A stretch of DNA of 64,000 nucleotides from an uncultured Gammaproteobacteria bacterium (GCA_964509735.1 CAZDYJ010000002.1:481-64480); one strand, 5' to 3'; positions 45,170-55,474 are shown, counted from the stretch's first letter. Numbers and translations: made by a program. The notes: generated from the letters alone by a model not told the origin.

Positions 45170-46141
45170 TTAAATAAATTCTTTAAAAAATTCTTCCTGA
45201 CAAGAACATTTTATATTATTCAAAAATATTCTTGTTTGTCTAAACTTTTCAACGATTTCATAAGATTCCCGCGAACAAAGGTCGCAGTTTTTAGCAATAG
45301 CAATTGGTGGAGGTTCATCGCTGAAACCACCAACTGACAATGGCCAAGAGTTTTTAAGCACCTCTTCGATTATAAGCATAACTGTCCACAAATAAGGCGG
45401 TCTAAACTGTCCAGATAAATAATCTTTTTCCAGTTCCGTTCCTTCTTGGACAAAGGCGCTTGATAAGAAAATTTCTGAAACACCTTTAGACAAAACATAG
45501 TTTATGCTTTTTAAAACATCGAAATAAGCTTCTTTTTCAGATAAATTTTTCGGTTTTAAAAAAATATAAACGGCTGATTTTATCTCAAAATGAGAAAGTA
45601 ATAATAATGTCTTTTCAAAAACATCTTTTGATAAAGATTTTTTTATTACTTTATTGCGAATAAAATCATCTTGACTTTCAAGTCCGATAGCAACAAACAC
45701 CTTTAAATTAAAGGAGTTATTTTTAATCATTTCTAACTTTTCTTCATTTATATATTCACAGCGTGACTCTACAAGTAAAGTTTTTATCTCACTTATACCG
45801 TTTAAACGCTTGAGAACATATTCTTGAAATCTTAATGGTATTTCTTTATTATTTAAAAAGCTACCACCATTAAAAATAAACACTTCGCTAACTCCTTTTT
45901 TTAGAGCGTCTTTTAAAGAGCTATCAAAAAGAAACTTAAACAAGAAAAAGGGATAAAGAATTCCTAAGCTATATTTTTTTGTAGCTTTATGAAATCCACA
46001 CATAGCGCATCCGCCACTTTTTTTCTGATATTCGCAACCAGAGCCTGGCAAAGACAAGATTAAGCGTTTAATTGTTTTTCCTTGTGACAAAGAAAAAACA
46101 GTTCTAATTTCATAAAAATCAATTTTTGACACCAAACTCAT
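45170..46141 (-). CDS. Radical SAM protein, RaSEA/TIGR01210 (Elp3-like) family
   Basis: GC-x8-CAMCGF, IFNGGSFLN..EIP, VESR, VAIGLES, YIFLKP, VQEGT, FRPPYLWT, C-terminal NCDLC..CSC. Confidence 0.82.
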   Translation of the reverse strand: MSLVSKIDFYEIRTVFSLSQGKTIKRLILSLPGSGCEYQKKSGGCAMCGFHKATKKYSLGILYPFFLFKFLFDSSLKDALKKGVSEVFIFNGGSFLNNKEIPLRFQEYVLKRLNGISEIKTLLVESRCEYINEEKLEMIKNNSFNLKVFVAIGLESQDDFIRNKVIKKSLSKDVFEKTLLLLSHFEIKSAVYIFLKPKNLSEKEAYFDVLKSINYVLSKGVSEIFLSSAFVQEGTELEKDYLSGQFRPPYLWTVMLIIEEVLKNSWPLSVGGFSDEPPPIAIAKNCDLCSRESYEIVEKFRQTRIFLNNIKCSCQEEFFKEFI

Positions 46142-46142
46142 T

Positions 46143-46865
46143 TCAACCTCCTTTTTTAATTTTCCAAAGCAAGTTAGCTATTATTTTACGTAAAGGCCAG
46201 CCATAAAATGGGTTTTTTAAAAAAATCAAAACTCCATAATTTAAACTAGCTGGGTCAGGGAAATAATTAGGCAAAACCCCTAATATTTCATAACCCTCGC
46301 TTTCATAAACGCTCAACTCATAATCTCTGCGACGACCATTACGCCTCAAATTAATATATTCTTCGGCAGATATTTCAGGATAACGCTTTTTATAAGCAGC
46401 AAACCCTGGCAATCTGGAGCCAATAAATCCCCCCTTTATATTATCTTCGATGGCAATTAATAAACCAAAGAAAATCATTCTATTACCAAGTTTTTTACCG
46501 TTCATAGAATTGTGCACCGAAAGGTTTACGCCATAAATATATTCCCCAGAATATTTGTGACTTTTTTTAATGAAACCATTGTCAGTTATCTCTGACCAAT
46601 TAAACTTTTCATTTTTTAAATCATCAATATATTCTATGGAAACATAGGCTGCTACGCAGCCGTCTATCAAGGCAATAACATTTCCCTTGGGAAAAGTATT
46701 AATCCTTGCCTCGATTTGTTCCTTTGAAGCCGCAGCACCCTCGCCCCAAACTTTTTTTTCCAGCTCAATTATTTGAGAAATATCACTTATCTCCGCGGAA
46801 CGGAAAATAAACCCTCCCCACTTTCGAACCGGAGCACGCCCGAGTTTCTTCTCTTTTTTTCTCAT
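46143..46865 (-). CDS. GNAT family acetyltransferase (YkwB-like)
   Basis: RINTFPKG, WSEITDNG..SH, YGVNLSV, GKKLG, GSRLPGF, PNYFPDPASLNYG..NP. Confidence 0.83.
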   Translation of the reverse strand: MRKKEKKLGRAPVRKWGGFIFRSAEISDISQIIELEKKVWGEGAAASKEQIEARINTFPKGNVIALIDGCVAAYVSIEYIDDLKNEKFNWSEITDNGFIKKSHKYSGEYIYGVNLSVHNSMNGKKLGNRMIFFGLLIAIEDNIKGGFIGSRLPGFAAYKKRYPEISAEEYINLRRNGRRRDYELSVYESEGYEILGVLPNYFPDPASLNYGVLIFLKNPFYGWPLRKIIANLLWKIKKGG

Positions 46866-46882
46866 CTTTTTATTTTTTTAAT

Positions 46883-46893
46883 TGTTAAAGAAC
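46883..46893 (-). promoter_or_regulatory. BoxA-like antitermination element
   Basis: GTTCTTTAACA versus rrn boxA GCTCTTTAACA, 17 nt upstream of the GNAT start. Confidence 0.45.
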
Positions 46894-46899
46894 TAATTT

Positions 46900-46938
46900 A
46901 TTTCTATCTTTCTATTTTCATTTCTATCTTTCTATTTT
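46900..46938. repeat. Tandem duplication (period 20) of the ruvB 3' end
   Basis: atttctatctttctatttt at 46900 and 46920. Confidence 0.8.
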
Positions 46939-47931
46939 AATTTTTAAGTGCTTAAATCCTTCTTCCGTTAAAATTCTGCCTCGTGGCGATCTATCTAAAA
47001 ATCCTAACTGCATTAAATATGGTTCGTAAACATTTAAAATGGTATCGAGCTCTTCACCACTAGCAGCTGCTAAAGTGTTTAAACCAACTGGACCACCTTT
47101 AAATTTATTAGCAATTATTTGCATAATATGACGATCAACTGCATCAAGTCCGATGGCATCAATTTCAAGCATGGAAAAAGCTTCTAAGCAAATTTGCTTA
47201 TTAATTTTACCATCTCCTTTAACCTCGCAATAATCTCGCACTCTCTTTAATAATCTGTTAGCCACTCGAGGTGTTTTGCGACTACGTTCGGAAATGGCTC
47301 TAGCTGATTCGCTATCAATTTCCACTTTAAGTATTTTAGCGCTCCTTAAAACTATTTTTTCTAAATCATCATTTTCGTAAAAATTTAAATGATGCATTAT
47401 GCCAAAACGATCTCTTAAAGGGGCTGATAATAAACTTGCTAAAGTTGTGGCACCAATAATCGTAAAGTGAGGCAAGTCGAGTCTTAAGGTTCTAGCAGTA
47501 GGGCCTTTGCCCATCACAATATCTAAAGCAAAATCTTCCATGGCTGGATAAAGTATTTCCTCAACTGTCTTGTTTAAACGATGAATTTCATCAATAAATA
47601 AAATATCCCCTTCTTCTAAATTACTTAAAATAGCAGCTAAATCACCGCTTTTTTCAATCGCTGGCCCAGAAGTAACTCTAATATTAGCCCCTATTTCATT
47701 GGCTATAACATGGGCTAAAGTAGTCTTCCCTAAACCCGGAGCGCCATAAAGTAAAACATGCTCAATCGATTCCTTTCTTTTTTTAGCCGCTTCAATACTA
47801 ATAGCTAAATTCTTTTTAACTCTTTCCTGTCCGACGTATTCTGTAAGACGTTTAGGCCTTAGAGAAACATCAAAAACCTCATCGTCATCATTTTCAACCG
47901 GACTAATTATTCTTTCCTTATCATTTATCAT
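46924..47931 (-). CDS. ruvB: Holliday junction branch migration helicase RuvB
   Basis: [51 protein letters not shown]. Confidence 0.98.
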   Translation of the reverse strand: MINDKERIISPVENDDDEVFDVSLRPKRLTEYVGQERVKKNLAISIEAAKKRKESIEHVLLYGAPGLGKTTLAHVIANEIGANIRVTSGPAIEKSGDLAAILSNLEEGDILFIDEIHRLNKTVEEILYPAMEDFALDIVMGKGPTARTLRLDLPHFTIIGATTLASLLSAPLRDRFGIMHHLNFYENDDLEKIVLRSAKILKVEIDSESARAISERSRKTPRVANRLLKRVRDYCEVKGDGKINKQICLEAFSMLEIDAIGLDAVDRHIMQIIANKFKGGPVGLNTLAAASGEELDTILNVYEPYLMQLGFLDRSPRGRILTEEGFKHLKIKIER

Positions 47932-47940
47932 ATTAATAGA

Positions 47941-50901
47941 TTAATTTTCTCTAAACTCACAAATTGAATTAAAGTCACAAAAAGCACAAAGTGGTGATGG
48001 TTTAGCTATAAAAAGACCTTTTTTTATTTCCGAAATTTCTTTAATAATTTCTTCTTTTAGCTTATCGATTTCTTTGTCCTTAGCTTGAAAAGAAATTTTT
48101 TCTCCGTTCTCTAAAAAATAATAACTAAGCTTGGAAACTTTTTCTTGCAAAAACTCCTCTAAAAAAAGTTGATATAAAATTAACTGTTTCTTATCTTTAA
48201 ACTCTATTTTGTCCTTTGGATTGCCTGTTTTATAGTCAATAACTTCCAAGCTTCCATCCTCTAAACGATCAACTCTATCAATAGCGCCTTTAATAATATC
48301 ACCTTTGATTTTAAACGAAAATCTTTTTTCTAAGAAAAGAATTTCTGGATTATTTGATTCATTATAATTGATAAAAAACTTTTCTAAAGCTTCTTGTCCT
48401 TTTTTTCTATAAGAAGCTCTTTCGTCCTTACTTTTATAGCCATCGTTTTGCCAAAACTCATCATATAAATCCATTAGTCTTTTTTGGCTAAAAATTTCAG
48501 TTGCTTCTTTTTTAGGAATAGGAAAAAGCTCTCCCTGGGCTCGTCTTTTCTCGCTTAAGGCAGGTAAAAGATAATTATACAAAACATTATGCATGACTCG
48601 ACCAAAAATCAAAGACGCTTTATCAGAAGAAGCAGGAATTTTTAATATAAAAGCAAATTTATACTGCAGGGGACAATTACTAAAAGCAGCTAATTGAGAA
48701 AAAGAAAATTTATCAGGTAAAGGATATTTAAAATCTTCTCTTGGTAAATCTAAGTTACCTAAATCTCGAGAATTATGAAAATGTAAATCTCTTAAAAACT
48801 CATTCTTTTCACTTAAAGCTATTTCTGGTTCAATAATATTTTTTAAACCCAGTTCGTTTATAAAGCGTGATGGTTTTTTTTCTCTAGCTCCACCATAATC
48901 TTTAGCGCCGGTAATAAATAGCTTATCTTTAGCTCTCGTAACAGCAACATAAAACAATCTTCTCTCTTCCTCAAGGTGAAAATCTCCACCTTCAGCTATT
49001 TTTTCTTTTACCAAATCATCAGGGATTGATATTTTTTCTCCTCTATTTATAGTAGGAAATTTTTTATCAACTAAATTTACTATAAAAACATATTTAAACT
49101 CCAAACCCTTGGAGCCATGGACGGTCATAATTTTTACACAATCATTATCAGCAAAATCAAGCTTTAGGGATCCGCTTTCTCCGGCTTCTAACTCTAAGTT
49201 AATAGCTAATAAAAAATCTTTTAATTTCAAATCAGCTTCACTTTCTTCTAATTTTTTTATTTTTTGATAAAACTGATTAAGATAAGAAAAAATTTCTAAA
49301 TCTTTATCAAAATCATAACTCTTAAGCAGTCCTGAATCATAAGCAAAACGTAAAAATATTCGACTGGGACTAGAAGATGAGACTAGGGCGGAATGCTCTT
49401 TTATAAGTTTCAATAAATTTTCAATATTCTTAACACTCTCACCACTTAAATCAGGAATTTTTTGATAATTCTCTAAAGCTTCGTATAAGGACCAAGCTTT
49501 ACGAGCAGCTATTTTATTAATAGTTATTAAATCGAGATGAGAAACCCTAAAAGTTTCCATGTTTAAAACTCTAAATAAAGCCGCTGATTCGTGATAATTA
49601 TCTAAAAGACGGAAATAAGCTAAAACATCTAAAATAATCGGTTTATAATAAAGACCGCGCCAAGACATGAACTGATTTGGTACTGATTGTCTGTTTAATT
49701 CTTTTACATAAGTCTCGGCAGTATCATTGGCTCTTACTAAAATAGCAAAGTCAGAATAAGAAACATTTCCCTCGCCTTCTAAAAAAAGTTGTTTTATTTT
49801 TTCAGAAACAAAAGAAAGTTCTTCTTCTTGATTTTTAAAATTATAAAAATTAATGGCTTCGACTGAAGGTTTTTTAAAATCCTTATTTAAAGCAGTAAGT
49901 CTTTTATTTATTTTAAGTTTATATTCTAAAGTATTAGGATTATTATATTGAATAAGTTCATAAGCTCTATCAAGAATTTCCTGGCGAGAACGGTAATTTT
50001 CGTTTAAAACAATTTCTTTAGCTTTAGGAAAGTCGTCTTTAAACTGTAAAATATTAGATAAACTGGCTCCGCGGAATTTATAAATAGCCTGATTATCATC
50101 GCCGACAACTGTTAAATTATTTTTTGGCTCAGTTAACAATTTAACTAATTCATATTGTGCTAAATTAGTATCCTGAAATTCATCAACCATGACATAAGAA
50201 AATTTATTTCGATAATACTTTAAAATATTTGGTCTTTCTTTTAAAAGCTTTAAAAGATAAACAATTAAATCACCAAAATCCAAAAAGTTATTTTCTAAAA
50301 GTAAACTATTATAAGTTTTAAAAGCTTTAGCAAGTTCTTCAATTCTATTTATTTCTTGCTCATCTATATCCTCGTTTTTGTCTTTTTTAATTTTATCAAC
50401 ATAATCAAGATATTCTGAGACAGAAATATTTTCGTCTTTCAGCCTCGAAAAATGTCTAATAAGCTCGGAAATAAACTTGCTAGGATTACCAAGTGGACGA
50501 TAGTAGTCAAGATCAAAAAAATCAAGATTTTTCTTAATTAAAACCCATTGCTCTGTTTGAGTTAAAAGTTTGAAAGAAGGATTAAGGCCTATTTCCAGTC
50601 CATAATCACGCAATATTTTTTCTCCAAAACTATGAAAGGTGCTTATCCAGTTATCAACATAGCCATAAGGCAGTATCGTATCCGCTCTTTCCTCTAATTC
50701 ACTGGCCGCCTTTTCAGTAAAAGTTAAAAGTAAAATAGATTCTGAAGAAATATTTTTTTCTAAAATTAAATAAGCTAACCTATTAATTAAAACTGTTGTT
50801 TTTCCAGTGCCTGCTCCAGCCACAATTAAAAGCGGCCCCTTGTCATGACAGACAGCGTTTTTTTGTTCTTTATTTAATTTTTTTAAAAAATCTACTGACA
50901 T
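47941..50901 (-). CDS. UvrD/PcrA-like SF1 helicase fused to a PD-(D/E)XK nuclease with a 4-Cys motif
   Basis: AGAGTGKT, VDEFQD, VGDDNQAIY.FRGA, TVHGSKGLEF, EERRLFYVAVTRA; FSNCPLQY, GAIDRVD, IDYKTG, CAFCDFNSIC. Confidence 0.92.
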   Translation of the reverse strand: MSVDFLKKLNKEQKNAVCHDKGPLLIVAGAGTGKTTVLINRLAYLILEKNISSESILLLTFTEKAASELEERADTILPYGYVDNWISTFHSFGEKILRDYGLEIGLNPSFKLLTQTEQWVLIKKNLDFFDLDYYRPLGNPSKFISELIRHFSRLKDENISVSEYLDYVDKIKKDKNEDIDEQEINRIEELAKAFKTYNSLLLENNFLDFGDLIVYLLKLLKERPNILKYYRNKFSYVMVDEFQDTNLAQYELVKLLTEPKNNLTVVGDDNQAIYKFRGASLSNILQFKDDFPKAKEIVLNENYRSRQEILDRAYELIQYNNPNTLEYKLKINKRLTALNKDFKKPSVEAINFYNFKNQEEELSFVSEKIKQLFLEGEGNVSYSDFAILVRANDTAETYVKELNRQSVPNQFMSWRGLYYKPIILDVLAYFRLLDNYHESAALFRVLNMETFRVSHLDLITINKIAARKAWSLYEALENYQKIPDLSGESVKNIENLLKLIKEHSALVSSSSPSRIFLRFAYDSGLLKSYDFDKDLEIFSYLNQFYQKIKKLEESEADLKLKDFLLAINLELEAGESGSLKLDFADNDCVKIMTVHGSKGLEFKYVFIVNLVDKKFPTINRGEKISIPDDLVKEKIAEGGDFHLEEERRLFYVAVTRAKDKLFITGAKDYGGAREKKPSRFINELGLKNIIEPEIALSEKNEFLRDLHFHNSRDLGNLDLPREDFKYPLPDKFSFSQLAAFSNCPLQYKFAFILKIPASSDKASLIFGRVMHNVLYNYLLPALSEKRRAQGELFPIPKKEATEIFSQKRLMDLYDEFWQNDGYKSKDERASYRKKGQEALEKFFINYNESNNPEILFLEKRFSFKIKGDIIKGAIDRVDRLEDGSLEVIDYKTGNPKDKIEFKDKKQLILYQLFLEEFLQEKVSKLSYYFLENGEKISFQAKDKEIDKLKEEIIKEISEIKKGLFIAKPSPLCAFCDFNSICEFREN

Positions 50902-50909
50902 GTTTAAAA

Positions 50910-52175
50910 TTAAAATTTTAAAATTTTTCTAAAATTATCTTCTTTTACTTTGCCAATTAAAGCTAAATTAAGAGCTTCATTAACAAATATTTTGGATGCT
51001 AAACGTTTTAAATCAACAGCTTTTATTTTATCGATTTCGGCTAAAAATTCTTTTGGACTAGTTAATTTTTCCTTAAAAATTGCCTGATGCCCATACCAGT
51101 TAGCAACATCGTCACTTGCTTCAAGTCTTAAGGCTAAGCGTCCGCGAAAAATATCTTTAGCTTTTTTAAGCTCCTCCTCTGAAACTAGATCTTCTCCAAG
51201 ATTTTTATATTCTTGTAAAATTATTGAAATAGCCTCGCTTACCTTATCTATTGGAACGCCAGCTTGAGTAGTTAAATAACCAGAATCACTATGAAATTCT
51301 GTTAAAGTTTTTACATAATAAGCTAAACCGCTTCTTTCTCTTAATTTAATAAATAAACGAGAGCTCATAGCCCCGCCTAAAATAATAGATAAAAGTTTTG
51401 TTTTTATCTCTAAAGGATGACCTGAGGGAAAAGTTCTTACCCCTAAAGATAGAGCTACTTGATCAACGTTTTTATAAACTGCTTTAATAGCTGGTTTTTT
51501 TTGATTTTCTACAACTTTTTCTTTATTTTTCCAGGAATTATTTTTAAACTTAAGCAATATACTCTCTGCTAATTTAATATCGCTATCGCTAAATTTTCCA
51601 GCTAAAACTAAAGACAAACTATTTAAACCATACTGGCTTTCAAAATAATTAATAAAATCTTCTCTTTTGAAAGATTTAATAGTTTCTTTTGTTCCAATAG
51701 TGTCCCAGCCAGCTGGCGTATCGCCATATAAACAACTTTCAAACACATCTTCAACATGCATCAAAGGATTATCTTCATACATATTTAACTCTTCAATAAT
51801 AACCCCTTTTTCTCTTTCAATTTCTTCTTCGCTAAAAATAGAATTAAGCAACATGTCGCCTAAAATCTTAAAAGCTGATTTAAACTTTAAGGAAGAAACT
51901 TTAACGTAGTAACCGGTATATTCTTTAGATGTAAAAGCGTTAAATTCACTACCTAGAGAATCGAGTTCTCCAGAGATAGTAGCTGTGTCTGGTCTATTTT
52001 TAGTCCCTTTAAAGAACATGTGTTCTAAAAAGTGAGAAATTCCGCTATTTTTTCTATTTTCATATCTAGAACCAGTTTTAAACATGAAAAGAATAGTGGC
52101 TGTTTTTGTTTCAGGCATTAAAATGGTATATAAAGGTGTTTTTTGGGAAATTTTTTTAATTTTATATTTATTCAT
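50910..52175 (-). CDS. M16 family zinc peptidase
   Basis: GISHFLEHMFFKGT (HxxEH), NAFTSKE, SSRLF..LRE..GLAY. Confidence 0.95.
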   Translation of the reverse strand: MNKYKIKKISQKTPLYTILMPETKTATILFMFKTGSRYENRKNSGISHFLEHMFFKGTKNRPDTATISGELDSLGSEFNAFTSKEYTGYYVKVSSLKFKSAFKILGDMLLNSIFSEEEIEREKGVIIEELNMYEDNPLMHVEDVFESCLYGDTPAGWDTIGTKETIKSFKREDFINYFESQYGLNSLSLVLAGKFSDSDIKLAESILLKFKNNSWKNKEKVVENQKKPAIKAVYKNVDQVALSLGVRTFPSGHPLEIKTKLLSIILGGAMSSRLFIKLRERSGLAYYVKTLTEFHSDSGYLTTQAGVPIDKVSEAISIILQEYKNLGEDLVSEEELKKAKDIFRGRLALRLEASDDVANWYGHQAIFKEKLTSPKEFLAEIDKIKAVDLKRLASKIFVNEALNLALIGKVKEDNFRKILKF

Positions 52176-52315
52176 AATATTGCTTAAATTTAATAATAAA
52201 ACCTGTTTTATTAAATATTAATAAAACTCTTTTTTTAATTTATCATAAATATGCTATAATTGAAAGCAAGAACAATAATTAATTCTATTTTTAAGCAAGT
52301 CTTAAAAGAAAAAAT

Positions 52316-53050
52316 ATGGCTTATAAAATAAAGGATAATAATATAATCCTAACTGACAATAAAATAATTGGTCGTGAAAAAAAATACGAAATAACTAGGG
52401 TCAAAGATTTGCCCGAAGAAGAGAAGCCTCGAGAAAAACTTCTAAAAGAAGGAGTAACTTCTTTAAGCTCGACTGAATTATTAGCCCTTATTTTAGGCGT
52501 AGGCACAAAAAAGGAGGAAGTTTTCTCTATGTCGAGTAGGATTTTAAGAGAATATGGAGAAAAAGGCATAGCTTATCAAAAAGACCCAAAAATAATAGAA
52601 AAAGATCTAAATGTGCCAATTGCTAAAGCCTGCCAATTGGTCGCTTGTTTTGAATTAGGTCGTCGTTTCTATCAAAAAAAGCCTGGAGCAAATATTAGCA
52701 TAAGAACTGCTAAACAAGCCTTTGAGCACTTAAAAGACATGGGCAAGTTAAACAAAGAACAATTTCGCGGTTTATACCTTAATACTCATTATCAACTGGT
52801 TCATGATGAAATAATTTCTATTGGCACACTTGACTCCTCTTTAGTTGCTCCTCGAGAAGTTTTTAGACCGGCTTTAGAATATTCAGCCGCAGCTATTATA
52901 ATTGCCCATAATCATCCATCTGGAGTTTTAAAAGCTACCAAAGCCGACGTAGAAGCAACAGAAAAATTAATTGAAGCAGGAAAAATATTGGGCATAGAGG
53001 TTTTAGATCACCTCTTAATTGGTCAGGATAAATTTATCAGTCTTATTTAA
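52316..53050 (+). CDS. radC: RadC/JAB domain protein
   Basis: KPREKL, ELLALILGVG, IGTLDSSLVAPREVF, AHNHPSG, VLDHLLI. Confidence 0.95.
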   Translation: MAYKIKDNNIILTDNKIIGREKKYEITRVKDLPEEEKPREKLLKEGVTSLSSTELLALILGVGTKKEEVFSMSSRILREYGEKGIAYQKDPKIIEKDLNVPIAKACQLVACFELGRRFYQKKPGANISIRTAKQAFEHLKDMGKLNKEQFRGLYLNTHYQLVHDEIISIGTLDSSLVAPREVFRPALEYSAAAIIIAHNHPSGVLKATKADVEATEKLIEAGKILGIEVLDHLLIGQDKFISLI

Positions 53051-53056
53051 AAATTT

Positions 53057-53323
53057 GTGGCAATAAAAAAATACAAAATTAATAAAAAAACCCCACTACT
53101 TATAAAAGATGAGGCGAGTGTTATATTTCACGTGAAAAAAAAGGATTATTTTGGAACAATGGCGACGATATTAAGCTTAATCAAAGAAAGCCTAAAAAAA
53201 GACAATTATAAAAATATTTCTGAAATAGAAAAAACTCTTAAAAATTTGGAAAGGGATTTAGTTTTTTTACAAGAAAATTTTGAAATCAATAAAAAGCTAA
53301 ATAAGACCAAGGACAAAAAATAA
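53057..53323 (+). CDS. Hypothetical protein
   Basis: GTG start 6 bp after radC; overlaps the 3' end of the convergent gene by 27 bp. Confidence 0.6.
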   Translation: MAIKKYKINKKTPLLIKDEASVIFHVKKKDYFGTMATILSLIKESLKKDNYKNISEIEKTLKNLERDLVFLQENFEINKKLNKTKDKK

Positions 53324-54607
53324 AAATATAAAACCAAATGGCAAGCTAATTATCCAATGATCAAAAAACATTATAAAAAACAGAGCAAGTATTAGTGGCC
53401 AAAAAAATTCTGAGCGCTCACTACTTCTAGCCAAGGGGATTAAAATCATAACTGAAAAAACTAAAACAAATATACCACCCTCCGCCCAAATTAATAAAAA
53501 AGAATTATGAACCGGTTGGTATTCCCAATCGGCTTTTTTTATTCCATTATTTCTTTCTTCATTTTTAAAATAGGAAATATAATTTCCCAAACCAGCCCCA
53601 AACAACCAATTATCTTTAAGAACTACACGAGCTTCATCTATTTGAGTTTGTCTTTCAATTAATGATTTTTCCTCCAACCTACCTTTAGCCGTTAGTCTTC
53701 CTGAAAAAATATCTTGAAAAGAAAAAAATATAACCGAAGATAATATTAATGAAAAAATAGATAAAATAAGCAATCTACTTAAAGCACTTTTATTTTTCTT
53801 AAAAATTATTGTAAAAAATAGAGCGACTAAAGAAACTCCGAAGGCCAGCCAGGCTGAACGGGAAAAAGTAAAAATCAAAGCCAGTAATCCGGAAAAATAA
53901 AAAATAAAAAGAAAAATTGATTCAAAAATTTCAAAACGAGTATTAATTATTTTTTTTCTTATTAAAAAATATAGGGATAAAATTAAAGCAATTGCTAAAA
54001 TACCACCAAAAATATTAGGATGGTCAAAGCCACCATAAGCTCTTAGCCAGCGCCCAGAAAATGTTTCAACAACTGAAGATCCTAAAACCTCGGCATTATG
54101 CTCAGCTAAACCTAGATATTTAAAAGCAAAAGTTTTTTGAGTTAAAAACTGATAAAGTCCTAGACAAACATGTAAAAAAATAGATGATAAAAAAATTATC
54201 ACTGTCTTGCTTTTAGAAATTATGGATTCTTTATAAGGCTGGGGTTTAAAAGATTCTTTTAAAAAATAAAGCAGGGCAACTCCAAAAAGAAAAATAATAA
54301 ATCGATAAAAGCTCAAGCTCTTATCAAGGGCAAAAAAGAAAGAAAGAAAAGAAAAGAGTCCAACACCGGAAATAAGTAGCCATAAAAATGGAACACGGTC
54401 ATTGCCTTCATTTTTTCTTATTTTATAAAACAAAAAAGACATCACTAAAACAAAAAGGGGTAAATGGCAAAGATAAAGACTTATTTCATTAAAATTATCA
54501 ACAGCCGGTCTTAAAATATATTTTATTTGCCAGGGAAGCAAAAAGACAAATAAATAAAAAGAGTAACCTATTATTTTATAAAACAATTGCTCGGATTTTT
54601 TCTTCAT
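53297..54607 (-). CDS. O-antigen ligase (Wzy_C) family membrane protein
   Basis: LRAYGGFDHPNIFGG, TFSRSAW, GAGLGNY, QPVHNSFLL, FFDHW. Confidence 0.88.
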   Translation of the reverse strand: MKKKSEQLFYKIIGYSFYLFVFLLPWQIKYILRPAVDNFNEISLYLCHLPLFVLVMSFLFYKIRKNEGNDRVPFLWLLISGVGLFSFLSFFFALDKSLSFYRFIIFLFGVALLYFLKESFKPQPYKESIISKSKTVIIFLSSIFLHVCLGLYQFLTQKTFAFKYLGLAEHNAEVLGSSVVETFSGRWLRAYGGFDHPNIFGGILAIALILSLYFLIRKKIINTRFEIFESIFLFIFYFSGLLALIFTFSRSAWLAFGVSLVALFFTIIFKKNKSALSRLLILSIFSLILSSVIFFSFQDIFSGRLTAKGRLEEKSLIERQTQIDEARVVLKDNWLFGAGLGNYISYFKNEERNNGIKKADWEYQPVHNSFLLIWAEGGIFVLVFSVMILIPLARSSERSEFFWPLILALFFIMFFDHWIISLPFGFIFLFFVLGLI

Positions 54608-55463
54608 ATTTTTTTCTAATTTCTATTCTCTTATCACTAAGATAAAATTTTAATATATCGTCTCTTATTACTACACCATCTCTAAAATTATTACCTAAAG
54701 CCGCCTTCTTTAGTTCGGGGGGCATAATTTTCTTTTGCCAATTAGCTAAAAAGCTGTCTAAAAGATTTAATAATTTACTTTTTTTGTTTTTAAACAGGTT
54801 TGATGTGTTAGGCTTATTTAATTTTTCGCTAATATTATCTCTATCGAATATAATTTCTAAGCCTCTTTCCCAAAAATCAAAATAAGGGTCGCCTTCGGGT
54901 AGTTTTAATATTTCAAAATTTAAATTATTTTCACTTAAATAAAAACTTAAACAAATTTTATCTCTTTTATTTTTTTTATTAGGACGGCTATTTAGAATTT
55001 TAGCCAATCCAGTGCAAAAAAATCTACTTATCCACAATCTATTTGACGAAGAAACTATAAAAAAATCTATATCTCCGCCATCTTTTAAATTATACGAACC
55101 AATTGAGTTAACCAGGGCAATCATTTTCACAAAAGGCAGGATAGAAAAAAACTTCGCAAATCGACTAGCAATTTTTAATTTTCGCTGAGCATAATTATAA
55201 CGTTTTCTTCTAATTGATAAGATATTTTCTCGACCAAATAAAAAATAAAAACCATTTTTCTCTGAAATTAAATCCTTTTCAGTTAATTGATTTAAAATTT
55301 TCAGCAATTTCGAAAAAGAGATGTTTGTGTATTTTTTTAATTCGAAAAGACAAGGTGGGTAATCAAATAAATCTAAAAAAACTAAAATATTTAAAACAAT
55401 TTTATCGGAGGTGTCTTGAAAAATATCAAGCCTTATATCTTTTTGCGAAATATTTTCTGACAT
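54576..55463 (-). CDS. Hypothetical protein with nucleotidyltransferase-like motif
   Basis: FDYP N-terminal region, SIGSYNLKDGGDIDFFIV (pol-beta-like DxD), KICLSFY; overlaps the downstream ligase start. Confidence 0.7.
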   Translation of the reverse strand: MSENISQKDIRLDIFQDTSDKIVLNILVFLDLFDYPPCLFELKKYTNISFSKLLKILNQLTEKDLISEKNGFYFLFGRENILSIRRKRYNYAQRKLKIASRFAKFFSILPFVKMIALVNSIGSYNLKDGGDIDFFIVSSSNRLWISRFFCTGLAKILNSRPNKKNKRDKICLSFYLSENNLNFEILKLPEGDPYFDFWERGLEIIFDRDNISEKLNKPNTSNLFKNKKSKLLNLLDSFLANWQKKIMPPELKKAALGNNFRDGVVIRDDILKFYLSDKRIEIRKKYEEKIRAIVL

Positions 55464-55474
55464 TTACTTAAAAA

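Noticed and set aside
55028-55036. Second TTATCCACA match
   Set aside because: Isolated and inside a coding sequence; plausible by chance.
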